Shown here: piece by piece, positions 1-9,244 of the stretch | Numbering within the stretch: the first letter of the stretch is position 1 | Layout of the letters: each line of letters starts with the position of its first letter | From: Bacteroidota bacterium | Lineage (GTDB): Bacteria; Bacteroidota; Bacteroidia; NS11-12g; UBA955 | Assembly (NCBI GenBank): GCA_018333525.1 | Contig: JAGXTF010000058.1 | Span: 27,754-91,753 of the forward strand | Length of the DNA: 64,000 bases | Reading direction: 5' to 3' | Translations under genes and position numbers: made by a program | The notes under the pieces: generated by a model | Told to the model about the DNA's origin: nothing | The model's database searches: none | What the model saw: the letters and a program-made list of their open reading frames with translations, nothing else

Positions 1-15
1 TTAACTCCGGATTCC

Positions 16-372
16 ATGAATATGCAAATTACAAATGGAAATCCAGAAGGAGTAATGTATCCCGGAATGGTAATTACCTATTCTCTAACTCCGTTATTTG
101 GCATTCGGGTGCTTTGGGTAACGGAAATTGCGCATGTTGAAGATGGCAGGTATTTTGTGGATGAGCAACGGTTTGGACCATTTAAATTTTGGCACCACAA
201 ACATTTTTTAGAAGAAAAAGAAGGTGGAGTTTTGATGCGGGATAAAGTAGATTATAAATTGCCATTTGGATTTATAGGAAGGCTTTTTGGCGCAAGAATC
301 GTACGAAATAAACTAAAGAAAATATTTGAGTACAGAAGGCTGGCCCTGGAGAAAATATTTCCAAAAGCTTAA
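16..372 (+). CDS. SRPBCC-family protein (COG4276-like), 5' end cut by the window edge
   Basis: The ORF runs from the window edge. The FGPFKFWHHKH motif and overall composition fit the SRPBCC superfamily. Recognition is by memory only. Confidence 0.5.
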   Translation: MNMQITNGNPEGVMYPGMVITYSLTPLFGIRVLWVTEIAHVEDGRYFVDEQRFGPFKFWHHKHFLEEKEGGVLMRDKVDYKLPFGFIGRLFGARIVRNKLKKIFEYRRLALEKIFPKA

Positions 373-380
373 ATAATGGC

Positions 381-773
381 GCCACTAATTTCACTAATTA
401 TCACGAATGAATACAAACCAATATTCGTGTGTATTCGTATAATTCGTGGCAGGAGATAAGCCACTAATTTCACTAATTGTTACTAATGAATACAAACTAA
501 TATTCGTGAGAATTCGTGTAATTCGTGGCAAAATATAAGCCACTAATTTTACTAATTAGCACTAATGAATACAAACTAATATTCGTGTGTATTCTTGTAA
601 TTCGTGGCAAAATATAAGCCACTAATTTCACTAATTAGCACTAATGAAAACAAACTGGTATTCGTGTATTCGTGTAATTCGTGGCAAAATATAAGCCACT
701 AATTTCACTAATTATCACTAATGAAAACAAACTGGTATTCGTGTTAATTCGTGTAATACGTGGCATAAAAATT
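381..773. repeat. Tandem array of 5 copies of a ~79-bp unit (units begin at 381, 460, 539, 618 and 695)
   Basis: Direct reading of the sequence. The units are near-identical and start GCCACTAATTTCACTAATT, with no unique spacers. Each unit carries three CACTAAT/CACGAAT half-sites followed by three ATTCGTG half-sites. The junction sequence AATTCGTGGC-N9-GCCACTAATT is a near-perfect inverted repeat. Confidence 0.9.
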
Positions 774-1254
774 ACTCTGCAAATCGCTTTAATATGTGAA
801 AAACAGCCGGGCATATTTCAGCGTTTTTTTCGGCAAGATTCAAAAGAGTATGCATTTTTCTCTGATTGGTATGTGGGTATTCCCTACACGCTTTTGGTCT
901 GAATTCGTAAACTGTGCAATAATTGTCAGCACCTAAAAATGGGCAGGGAACGGACTTAAAAGCATATAAATTGTCGGTATCCAAAAAAAGGTATTTGGTG
1001 ATGAATTCCCCGGGCCTGATTTTCAGGTGTTGGCTTAACCTTTCAATATCTTTTTCCAGTAAAATGGGGCTGGTAGTTTTGCAACAATTGGCGCAATTCA
1101 GGCAATCAATTTGGGAAAATGCTTCATCGTGCAATTCCTGAAATCGATAATCCAAATCCCTGGGGGTATTCTTTTTTAATTTCCGGATAACCTGTGTAAT
1201 CCGGATTTTTTCTTTTTTGAATTTTTCTTTGAGATTTTCTGCAGGATTGCTCAT
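772..1254 (-). CDS. YkgJ-family cysteine-cluster protein (UPF0153, CxxCxxCC)
   Basis: 160-aa ORF with CLNCANCC and C-x-x-x-C motifs. It overlaps the upstream gene by 4 bp (ATGA). Confidence 0.7.
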   Translation of the reverse strand: MSNPAENLKEKFKKEKIRITQVIRKLKKNTPRDLDYRFQELHDEAFSQIDCLNCANCCKTTSPILLEKDIERLSQHLKIRPGEFITKYLFLDTDNLYAFKSVPCPFLGADNYCTVYEFRPKACREYPHTNQRKMHTLLNLAEKNAEICPAVFHILKRFAE

Positions 1255-2195
1255 TGCGGCACCAATTTCAAGCTGGTTAAGGTTTTTAAAAATTCCACCA
1301 GATCTTGTTTTTCCTGAGCACTTAAAAGTAGAGGTTCCGATAGAATTCCATCTCTGCCAATAGCAGCCGGAACAAAGGCATCCGGATTGTTATAATATTC
1401 AACTACTTCTTCCAAAGTGCGGAACATGCCATTGTGCATGTATGGTGCGGTAAGTGCAACATTACGCAAACCGGGAACTTTAAATTTTCCAATGTCTTCT
1501 GTTTTGTGGGTAATGTTATACCTGCCGCTATCCCGCAAATCGAAACCATTGAACAATCCGATATTTCGAAATTCATCAGCAGTAAAATCGGGTGTAAAAT
1601 GGCAATCAAAACAATGTGCTTTATCTAAAAATAAATCCCTGCCACGCATTGCGGAAATGCTGATGGCGCTGCTATCGCCTCCAATAAATAAATCAATTGG
1701 CGCGCCACCTGTTTCCAGGGTTCTCTCAAATGATGCAATTGCTTTCCCTAATAAAAGTGCTGAGGGTTTTTTGCCATATACCTGTTTAAATGCTTTTTTA
1801 TAGAAGGTGTTTTTTTGCAGTCTTTTGATTACATCATGTATGCCTATTCCCATTTCTACAGGATTTGCAATTGGGTGTAAAACCTGCTCTTCTAAAGTCG
1901 CTACTCTACCGTCCCAGAATAAATATGGACGTCCTGCTACATTCATCGCAGACGGGGTATTGCGTGCAGTTAATTGGCCTCCTACACCTTTGGAAAATGC
2001 CATGGTATCTGCAAATGCAAACTCCGGTTTGTGACAACTGGCACAAGAAATTGTTTTATCGGAAGAGAGAATGGGATCAAAAAATAATTTTTTTCCCAAC
2101 TCTGTTTCTGAAATTGGTTTTTCTGAATCTGCAACACGAAATGCGGAAATAAAAATAGTTGCAGAAACAATCATAAAAATAAATATGTATTTCAT
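1251..2195 (-). CDS. di-heme cytochrome c peroxidase
   Basis: Two CxxCH haem-binding motifs (CASCH and CFDCH), an N-terminal signal peptide, and the conserved PYMHNG motif. Length is typical for bacterial cytochrome c peroxidase. Confidence 0.9.
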   Translation of the reverse strand: MKYIFIFMIVSATIFISAFRVADSEKPISETELGKKLFFDPILSSDKTISCASCHKPEFAFADTMAFSKGVGGQLTARNTPSAMNVAGRPYLFWDGRVATLEEQVLHPIANPVEMGIGIHDVIKRLQKNTFYKKAFKQVYGKKPSALLLGKAIASFERTLETGGAPIDLFIGGDSSAISISAMRGRDLFLDKAHCFDCHFTPDFTADEFRNIGLFNGFDLRDSGRYNITHKTEDIGKFKVPGLRNVALTAPYMHNGMFRTLEEVVEYYNNPDAFVPAAIGRDGILSEPLLLSAQEKQDLVEFLKTLTSLKLVPQ

Positions 2196-2908
2196 AAATC
2201 GTATTTGCGTAACAACTTTATAAATACTTCAAAATCTTTGTTATACAGGGCATTTACCATTATTCTCTCCCCATTGATTTGTTCAAATTCGAGAGAATAA
2301 GCATGAAGTGCAAAACGTTGAATCAGCGGGGTATCTTCTCCGCTCATTTTTCTTTTTATTTCAGACAGCATGGGTACCTGACTTCCATATAAAACATCTC
2401 CGCTTATCTGTGCGTTTTGAGAAGCCAGATGAACACGAATCTGGTGCAATCTGCCGGTTACCGGCTTGCATTCCAGGAGGGTGAAATGTCTGAAAACTTC
2501 TAACGTTTGAAAATATGTGGTTGCCGCTTTGCCTTGTAATTTATCGATGCGGATGTGTTTTAAATCATCTGTATTAATTGGCAAATTCACTTCCAGATTA
2601 TCAAATTGTATTTTCCCATTTACAATGGCATGGTAAACTTTATTTACTTTCCGATTTTCAAATTGTATGGATGCATGTCTGTATGCTTCGGGATTTTTCG
2701 CAATCAACAGTACGCCGCTTGTTTCTCTATCCAAACGATGGCAAAGAATGGCATCAGGCCACACCTTTCTCGCCAGTTCCAAGACAGGAATATTGGTATA
2801 TTTTCCCCTTTCAGGAACAGAAGGAAAAAAAGGTGGTTTATTTACAAAAACATAATCTGCAGTTTCTTTTAAAATCCAATCCGATATGTCTGCACGTTTT
2901 GCCATCAA
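2192..2908 (-). CDS. RluA-family pseudouridine synthase
   Basis: HRLDRETSG catalytic motif. Overlaps both neighbours by 4 bp. Confidence 0.85.
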   Translation of the reverse strand: MMAKRADISDWILKETADYVFVNKPPFFPSVPERGKYTNIPVLELARKVWPDAILCHRLDRETSGVLLIAKNPEAYRHASIQFENRKVNKVYHAIVNGKIQFDNLEVNLPINTDDLKHIRIDKLQGKAATTYFQTLEVFRHFTLLECKPVTGRLHQIRVHLASQNAQISGDVLYGSQVPMLSEIKRKMSGEDTPLIQRFALHAYSLEFEQINGERIMVNALYNKDFEVFIKLLRKYDL

Positions 2909-3672
2909 TCGTTGCGCATAGAAAGACGGATGCGTGTGAGTACATTCTTGGTTTGCATGGAAAAATCTCCTTCCATCATCCAGTTATAATAACCGGGTTC
3001 AGCCTTCAAAATATCTTTTACTTTTTTGCCTTTGTGTTTGCCAAAATTGAACAGCACTTCTCCATCGGGATTGTAAATAAACCGACCAGCCAGATCCGCC
3101 AGATTGTTTTGTCCACTCATGCGGTGCAAGCCTTCAATATCATCCGGAATGTCTTCATACTTATCCAATTGGGCTTTTAAAACAGCCCATGTGGCAATGG
3201 TATCCGCCTCTGCGCTGTGTGCATTTTCCAATTCTTTTTCACAATAAAAGCGATATGCTGCCTTCAAATTTCTCGGTTCTTTAAAATGATAAATTCTTTG
3301 CGCATCTATGAATTTTCTTTTTTCAATATCAAATTCAATTCCAGCCCTGTAGAACTCTTCCACCATCATTGGAAAATCAAATTTGTTGGAATTAAATCCT
3401 CCAAAATCACAATCTTTCAGAAAATTATTTAACTCATTTGAAATCTCTTTAAAGCCAGGTTTGTCTTTCACATCCTCATCTTTTATTCCGTGAATTTCGG
3501 TAACCTCAGGAGGAATAGGCACGCCCGGATTTACAAGATAGGTGCGGATTTCCTCGCGATCATCCGGGTATATTTTCAACAGGCAAATCTCTACAATTCT
3601 ATCCCGGTTGATATTCATACCGGTAGTTTCAAGATCAAAAATAACAAGAGGCCTTTTAAGTTTTAATTTCAT
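2905..3672 (-). CDS. 3'-5' exonuclease of the DEDDh/DnaQ-like family (DNA polymerase III epsilon-like)
   Basis: FDLETTG Exo I motif and a downstream H-x4-D Exo III motif (HSAEADT). Confidence 0.8.
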   Translation of the reverse strand: MKLKLKRPLVIFDLETTGMNINRDRIVEICLLKIYPDDREEIRTYLVNPGVPIPPEVTEIHGIKDEDVKDKPGFKEISNELNNFLKDCDFGGFNSNKFDFPMMVEEFYRAGIEFDIEKRKFIDAQRIYHFKEPRNLKAAYRFYCEKELENAHSAEADTIATWAVLKAQLDKYEDIPDDIEGLHRMSGQNNLADLAGRFIYNPDGEVLFNFGKHKGKKVKDILKAEPGYYNWMMEGDFSMQTKNVLTRIRLSMRND

Positions 3673-3690
3673 TCTATTCTCGTTCTAATT

Positions 3691-4371
3691 TTATTCTTCA
3701 TCTAACAAATCAGGTCTTAATTTTTGTGTTTTTTCAATAGATTGTTCCATTCTCCAGGCGTCAATTTTTTTATGATCACCGCTCATTAAAATATCTGGAA
3801 CACGCAATCCGCGAAATTCTGCTGGCCTTGTGTACAGGGGCGGAGCAAGTAAATTGTCCTGAAAGGAATCGCTGAGTGCACTTTCTTCATTGCCCAAAAC
3901 ACCCGGTAACAATCGCAGAATACTATCTGCCAGAATAATTGCTCCAATTTCACCACCGCTCAACACATAATCTCCCACTGAAATTTCTTTGGTCACAAAA
4001 AGATCCCTTATTCTTTGGTCGATTCCTTTATAATGGCCGCAGATAAAAATAAGATTTTGCGACAGCGACAATGTATTGCAGGTTTGTTGTACCAGTGTTT
4101 CTCCGTCCGGGGTCAGATAAATAATTTCATCATAAGAACGTTCCCTTTTTAATTTATCCAAACAAGTTGCCAAAGGTTCAGGCATTAAAACCATGCCGGC
4201 ACCGCCACCAAAAGGATAGTCGTCGGTTTGTTTATAGTTCCCTATTCCGTAATCATGCAGGTTATGTATATGAATTTCGGCAAGACCTTTTTCCTTTGCT
4301 CTGGCAGGTATACTGTGGTTTAACGGACTGTCCAGAAGTTGCGGTACAGCACTGACAATATCTATTCTCAT
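3691..4371 (-). CDS. trmD: tRNA (guanine37-N1)-methyltransferase
   Basis: TrmD-like SPOUT domain. The start was placed at the internal ATG (MRIDIV...), which leaves a 1-nt gap after the rimM stop. The ORF track extends it upstream by an alternative start. Confidence 0.88.
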   Translation of the reverse strand: MRIDIVSAVPQLLDSPLNHSIPARAKEKGLAEIHIHNLHDYGIGNYKQTDDYPFGGGAGMVLMPEPLATCLDKLKRERSYDEIIYLTPDGETLVQQTCNTLSLSQNLIFICGHYKGIDQRIRDLFVTKEISVGDYVLSGGEIGAIILADSILRLLPGVLGNEESALSDSFQDNLLAPPLYTRPAEFRGLRVPDILMSGDHKKIDAWRMEQSIEKTQKLRPDLLDEE

Positions 4372-4372
4372 A

Positions 4373-4867
4373 TTACAGATCCACCAGCCCTTCAGGTAAA
4401 TCCAGGTGTATGGTTTTCTTTTTGGGGTTGACTTCCAAAACCCAGGTTTCCACAAAGGGAATCATAAATGATTTACCGTCTGATTCCAAAATAAACATTG
4501 GCCCTGCAGGATATTCTTCAATGTTTATTACAACACCAACTACAATTCCATCTGCATTACATATCTGAAATCCAAGAAGTTCAGAATCTTCATCTTCCCT
4601 TTCAATTGGTGTTTCTAAAAACACAGGTCGGCCTTCGAGTTCTTCGGCATCCCTTTCATTTTTAATGTCGGCCAGTTTAACAACTGTTGCATTGCGTTTA
4701 AAACTTTCAATGAGAAAGGGAACTCCCTTTCCATCGAATTCGATAAAAAGAAAATTCCCTTTTTTTATTTGATCGGCAATGGATTGCCTTTCCAGAAACA
4801 ACGAAATTTCGCCGTTGTAACCGTGTTTGCCGGCAACACGCCCTACGGAGTGCAGCTGTGGCATCAT
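4373..4867 (-). CDS. rimM: 16S rRNA processing protein RimM
   Basis: Size and RimM/PRC-barrel features. It sits in the conserved rpsP-rimM-trmD order. Confidence 0.8.
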   Translation of the reverse strand: MMPQLHSVGRVAGKHGYNGEISLFLERQSIADQIKKGNFLFIEFDGKGVPFLIESFKRNATVVKLADIKNERDAEELEGRPVFLETPIEREDEDSELLGFQICNADGIVVGVVINIEEYPAGPMFILESDGKSFMIPFVETWVLEVNPKKKTIHLDLPEGLVDL

Positions 4868-4872
4868 GTCAA

Positions 4873-5547
4873 TTATTCAGCAGGTGCATCACTACCGGCA
4901 TCTGAGGTTTCCTCAGTTGCAGGAGTTTCTTCAGCAGCAGGAGTTTCTTCCGCTACAGGAGCCTCTTCTGTTGCAGGAGTTTCTTCAGCAACCGGAGTTT
5001 CCACAGCAGTTTCAGTTACTGTTTCTACTGCGTTTTCAACTTCCTCTACAGCTGTTTCCGAAGTTGCAACCTCAGTTTCAGCAGCCAATTCGCTGGTTTT
5101 AGCAATCACCTTCGCGGCAATGGCATTTTTCTTAGCGGTTTCAGCTTTCATGGCTTCGCTGCGCTTGTTTGCTTTTTCACTTGCTAACTTGTCGCGTTTG
5201 CCTTGAACTTTTGCTTCATTGCTTAGTGCCCATTCAGCGAATTTCGCATCGGCTTGTTCCTGAGTAATAGAGCCTTTGTTTACACCAACTTGCAGGTGTT
5301 TTTTGTACAAAATGCCTTTGTAACTCAGAATAGCCCTTGCGGTATCTGATGGTTCTGCGCCTTTTAACAGCCAGTTAACTGAGCTGTTTACATCAATGTC
5401 AATGGTTGCAGGATTTGTGATCGGGTTGTAAGTACCTAATTTCTCAATGTACCGGCCATCCCTTGGAGCACGTGAATCCGCTACCACAATATGGAAAAAG
5501 GATCTTTTCTTTCTTCCATGCCTCTGTAATCTAATTTTTGTAGCCAT
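4873..5547 (-). CDS. rpsP: 30S ribosomal protein S16 with a long acidic Glu/Thr/Pro/Ala-rich C-terminal extension
   Basis: The N-terminal MATKIRLQRHGRKKRSFFHIVVADSRAPRDGRYIEKLGTYNP is canonical S16. The C-terminal ~110 aa are low-complexity repeats (ETPATEE...) encoded by an in-frame nucleotide repeat. Confidence 0.9.
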   Translation of the reverse strand: MATKIRLQRHGRKKRSFFHIVVADSRAPRDGRYIEKLGTYNPITNPATIDIDVNSSVNWLLKGAEPSDTARAILSYKGILYKKHLQVGVNKGSITQEQADAKFAEWALSNEAKVQGKRDKLASEKANKRSEAMKAETAKKNAIAAKVIAKTSELAAETEVATSETAVEEVENAVETVTETAVETPVAEETPATEEAPVAEETPAAEETPATEETSDAGSDAPAE

Positions 5548-5700
5548 TTATTTTTTGTTTTTCTGTCCACAGGTATCCAACCCGCGGGGGCGCGAAATAA
5601 CAACAAAACCTGTTAATTTCAAAGCGGATCCGCATTTTTCCTTGTAAAATGGATATCAGGGTTTTTTGCCCTAGTTTCGTTATATTCAAGTAGCTGTAAT

Positions 5701-6105
5701 ATGAAATGGAAAATGATATTCCTGCTGTCGTTGCCCGCTCTGGTAATGGCTTTTGCAACAGTTTACCTTATTCCGTCCAGGGTGGAACCTGCTTTCTGGC
5801 TGGCCATCTTTGTCTTTTGCGCATGGCGGGTAGCCCGCAATATAAAAGGCAAGTTGATGCAATTTTATCATGGTTTTGCCATTGCCATTTTTAACAGCTT
5901 TTGGATAACGGTGGTTCATTTGTCATTCGTTAATGATTATTTGAAACTCAATCCCGGAATGCAGGAAATGTATGATAATCCTGCAATCGCTAACCATCCA
6001 AGGCTAACCATGGCGATTTTTGGTATTTGCATTGGAATTATCAGTGGACTGGTCCTGGGCTTTTTTTGCCTCGTAGCAGGCAGAATGCAGAAAAAACAGA
6101 ATTAG
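5701..6105 (+). CDS. small polytopic membrane protein (DUF4199-like)
   Basis: Four predicted transmembrane segments in 134 aa. The family assignment is tentative. Confidence 0.45.
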   Translation: MKWKMIFLLSLPALVMAFATVYLIPSRVEPAFWLAIFVFCAWRVARNIKGKLMQFYHGFAIAIFNSFWITVVHLSFVNDYLKLNPGMQEMYDNPAIANHPRLTMAIFGICIGIISGLVLGFFCLVAGRMQKKQN

Positions 6106-6776
6106 GCAGGTTTTCTCAAGAGTTTCCAAATGGAAATAACATGACTTAACAATACCAAAGGAACTACTATTCCGGGCAGCCACACATAGGGGAACTTCAA
6201 AACCGCAACATTGGGCTGATCAAAAGCCAACTGTTGTATTGGTGAAGGTACTGAAAACACTGCTCTGGAAACAATATTGGCCAGCAACGCCAGGCACACC
6301 AGATTCCACAATAGCAGACCAATCCGCTTTATATTTCCTTTTCTGTACAGAAATATAACTGCTATCGGTGCTGTAATTCCAGACAATATATCGGGATTGG
6401 CACCTTCAAATGTCATGAGTTTGGGCACTTCTCCACTTTGGTATAAAAAGTATAGTGTCGCTTCTACCGGCACCCTTACCAAATGCAGCCAGGTGAGAAA
6501 TTTCAAATCTGCAGATAAAAAAAACTCCCTTCCTTTTCTCGTTAAAAATAACAGAAACACAGGTATGATAAACAGCGCAGGTGCAAGTGCAATGTGGGGC
6601 GGAAGCGTTTTTGTATTTTCAAAAAAGCCCCCAAATACCAATGCTGCCTGAATGCCTCCAACCAGCAGGGAAAAAATCAAAACCAAAGCGTTATTTGCCA
6701 TGGATTTGAAGAAGAACCAGACCGCTGCAGTAGTGGTTAGAATAAATAAAAACTGAAGTATGGATTCTTGTATCAT
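6102..6776 (-). CDS. hypothetical polytopic membrane protein
   Basis: Multiple hydrophobic segments. The start was moved to the internal Met (MIQES...) to avoid a 23-bp overlap with the helicase gene. Confidence 0.45.
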   Translation of the reverse strand: MIQESILQFLFILTTTAAVWFFFKSMANNALVLIFSLLVGGIQAALVFGGFFENTKTLPPHIALAPALFIIPVFLLFLTRKGREFFLSADLKFLTWLHLVRVPVEATLYFLYQSGEVPKLMTFEGANPDILSGITAPIAVIFLYRKGNIKRIGLLLWNLVCLALLANIVSRAVFSVPSPIQQLAFDQPNVAVLKFPYVWLPGIVVPLVLLSHVISIWKLLRKPA

Positions 6777-6780
6777 ATTT

Positions 6781-9087
6781 TCAAACAATACGCATTTTTG
6801 CAAATTTTAATACCAGTTTCTTTTCTCCCAAAGCTTCAAAAGTAACAGTGGCTTTTTTATTGGATCCATCGCCTTCCATTTCTTTTACCATTCCAAATCC
6901 AAACCTTTGGTGTTGTACCTTGTCACCTACTTTTAATGCACCCAAATCTCCTTCCTGAAAATTGGGATCAACAGGAGGAAGGGATGCACTGGTTGTTTTT
7001 TGAATTTGTTTCAGCACACTGCCGGTTTTGGGTTTTCCTCTGTCTTTATCTCCATTGGAAGGCCCGTTAAATCGCTGAAACATTCCTTCATTTTTCAATC
7101 CGGCCAAATTCATATCCAGAAATTCGTTGTCGATTTCTTCAATAAATCTGCTGGGTTCACAGGGCATTAAATTTCCATATCTAAACCGGCTGGTAGCAAA
7201 AGTGAGATTGAGTTTTTTCTCAGCCCTTGTAATTGCCACATAAAACAATCTTCTTTCTTCTTCCAAATCTTGCCTGCTGGTAAGTGCCATTTGAGATGGA
7301 AATAAATTTTCTTCCAGACCAACCACATATACATGCGGAAATTCCAATCCTTTAGCCTGGTGAATGGTCATCAGACTAACGCAATCCCTGTTGGGATCAT
7401 TGTTTTTTGGATCGTCGGTATACAGTGCAACTTCTTCCAGAAAATTGGCCAGACTTTTTTCTACTTCACTTTCATCATCCTCAGTAAATTCCTTGATACC
7501 GTTAAGCAATTCCACTGTATTTTCATATCTGGAAACCCCTTCCACCGTTTTATCATCATAAAGCGTTTTTAATAAGGTGGTTTGTCTTGCAATATGCATG
7601 GCCAAATCATAGGCATTATGGGTTTTTGCCATTCCCATAAAACCCTGCACCATCATTGCAAAATTCTCTACTCTGACGGCTGCAGTTCCCAATTCCGGAA
7701 AGCGCCTGGCGTTTGCTACTATTTCCCAAATGGTGCGTGAAGATTGGGTTGCAAGAAACACCAATTTATTTACTGTAGTATCGCCAATTTGCCTTGCAGG
7801 ATAATTGATAATTCGTTTTAATGCCTCTTCATCACCCGGATTAATTACCAATCGCAGATAAGCGAGGAGATCTTTAATTTCCTTGCGTTGGTAAAAACTG
7901 GTACCACCATAAATGCGATAATCAATACCATTTTTTCGCATTGCTTCCTCAAATGCACGGCTTTGTGAATTGGTGCGGTATAAAACTGCAAATGCTTTAT
8001 TCGGATAATGTGCTGTATTTTTTTCTTCGAAAATACTTTGTGCCACAAATCTGGCTTCTTCTGCTTCTGTAATACTGCGCACCACACGAATTTTTTCACC
8101 TGTATCGTTTTGGGTCCAGACTTCTTTATCCAGTTGTTTTTTATTGTGTTTAATCAAACTGCCTGCAGCGCTTACAATGTTTTTTGTACTGCGGTAATTC
8201 TGTTCCAGTTTAAATACTTTTACATCGGGATAATCTTTACTAAAATTGAGAATATTTTGAATATTGGCACCGCGAAAAGCGTAAATACTTTGAGCATCAT
8301 CACCCACCACTGCAATATTTTGATGAACCGCGGCTAACCTTTTGGTAATCATGTATTGCACATGGTTGGTATCCTGATACTCATCCACCATAATAAATCT
8401 GAATTTATGCTGCCATTTGTTGCAGATATCAATATGGTCGCGTAGTAATTTATATGTGTTTACCAGAATATCATCAAAATCCATGGCTCCTGCACGAAAA
8501 CATCGCTCTGTATAAACCTGAAAAATCTGATAAAATTTATTGCGATTTGCATTTTTATCCTGCAACAAATTTTCCTCATTTTCACTATAACTTCTGGAGT
8601 CGATGAGATTGTTTTTGCACATGCTGATGCGCCCCAAAACCAAAGATGGTTTGTAAACTTTATCGTCCAAACCCAATTCTTTGGTAATACTTTTTATCAG
8701 ACTTTTGGAATCATCGGTATCATAAATGGTGAAGTTTTTGGGATATCCCAGTCGGTCTGCTTCCAATCTGAGTATTCGGGCAAATACGCTGTGGAAAGTC
8801 CCCATCCACAAACTTTTTGCGGCCGGCCCTACCAGATTTTCTATTCTGTTTCGCATTTCCCTTGCAGCTTTGTTTGTGAATGTAAGTGCAAGAATACTGA
8901 ACGGATCGGCACCGCTGTGAATGAGGTGCGCCATGCGCACTGTTAACACGCGGGTTTTTCCGGAACCGGCACCGGCTATTATCATTACCGGCCCTTCAGT
9001 ATTTAAAACGGCTTCCTTCTGAGCATCATTCAGCTTGTCCAGATATGGGGTTTGGTCGTGTCGTGGATGTTGGTCGGGCCAGTGCAT
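6781..9087 (-). CDS. UvrD/PcrA/Rep-family ATP-dependent DNA helicase
   Basis: Walker A GAGSGKTRVL, the LTFTNKAAREM and DEYQDTN motifs, and a C-terminal UvrD-like tail. The start was set at MHWPDQ (ATG at 9087), just before the canonical PYLDKLNDAQKEAV N-terminus. Confidence 0.9.
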   Translation of the reverse strand: MHWPDQHPRHDQTPYLDKLNDAQKEAVLNTEGPVMIIAGAGSGKTRVLTVRMAHLIHSGADPFSILALTFTNKAAREMRNRIENLVGPAAKSLWMGTFHSVFARILRLEADRLGYPKNFTIYDTDDSKSLIKSITKELGLDDKVYKPSLVLGRISMCKNNLIDSRSYSENEENLLQDKNANRNKFYQIFQVYTERCFRAGAMDFDDILVNTYKLLRDHIDICNKWQHKFRFIMVDEYQDTNHVQYMITKRLAAVHQNIAVVGDDAQSIYAFRGANIQNILNFSKDYPDVKVFKLEQNYRSTKNIVSAAGSLIKHNKKQLDKEVWTQNDTGEKIRVVRSITEAEEARFVAQSIFEEKNTAHYPNKAFAVLYRTNSQSRAFEEAMRKNGIDYRIYGGTSFYQRKEIKDLLAYLRLVINPGDEEALKRIINYPARQIGDTTVNKLVFLATQSSRTIWEIVANARRFPELGTAAVRVENFAMMVQGFMGMAKTHNAYDLAMHIARQTTLLKTLYDDKTVEGVSRYENTVELLNGIKEFTEDDESEVEKSLANFLEEVALYTDDPKNNDPNRDCVSLMTIHQAKGLEFPHVYVVGLEENLFPSQMALTSRQDLEEERRLFYVAITRAEKKLNLTFATSRFRYGNLMPCEPSRFIEEIDNEFLDMNLAGLKNEGMFQRFNGPSNGDKDRGKPKTGSVLKQIQKTTSASLPPVDPNFQEGDLGALKVGDKVQHQRFGFGMVKEMEGDGSNKKATVTFEALGEKKLVLKFAKMRIV

Positions 9088-9244
9088 GAAGAAAGGCTTC
9101 AAAATTACACCACTGCAGGTATCCCTGAGGGGCATTTTTTGCACAATATTTTATGCGGTGATGCAAAGATATCATTCACCAACTGTGCAATTTTTTTAGC
9201 GGGGTACAATTTGTAGCAGCGAAAATGATGCATGCCCTTTAAAT

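Noticed and set aside
381-773. Possible CRISPR array, given the regularly spaced repeats
   Set aside because: The whole ~79-bp unit, including the would-be spacers, is repeated nearly identically. There are no unique spacers and no cas genes in the window. It is a tandem repeat, not CRISPR.
681-902. 73-aa ORF running across the tandem repeats
   Set aside because: Its reading frame is created by the repeat itself and the predicted product is low-complexity. It is most likely spurious.
1417-1803. Numerous 60-160-aa ORFs embedded antisense or out of frame within confidently assigned genes (for example 1417-1803, 10434-11206, 23212-23694, 57188-57964)
   Set aside because: All lie inside genes that have strong family motifs on the other frame or strand. 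They were treated as shadow ORFs.
4769-5206. 145-aa and 91-aa ORFs antisense to rpsP
   Set aside because: They are open only because of the in-frame nucleotide repeat that encodes the S16 acidic tail on the other strand. There is no independent support.
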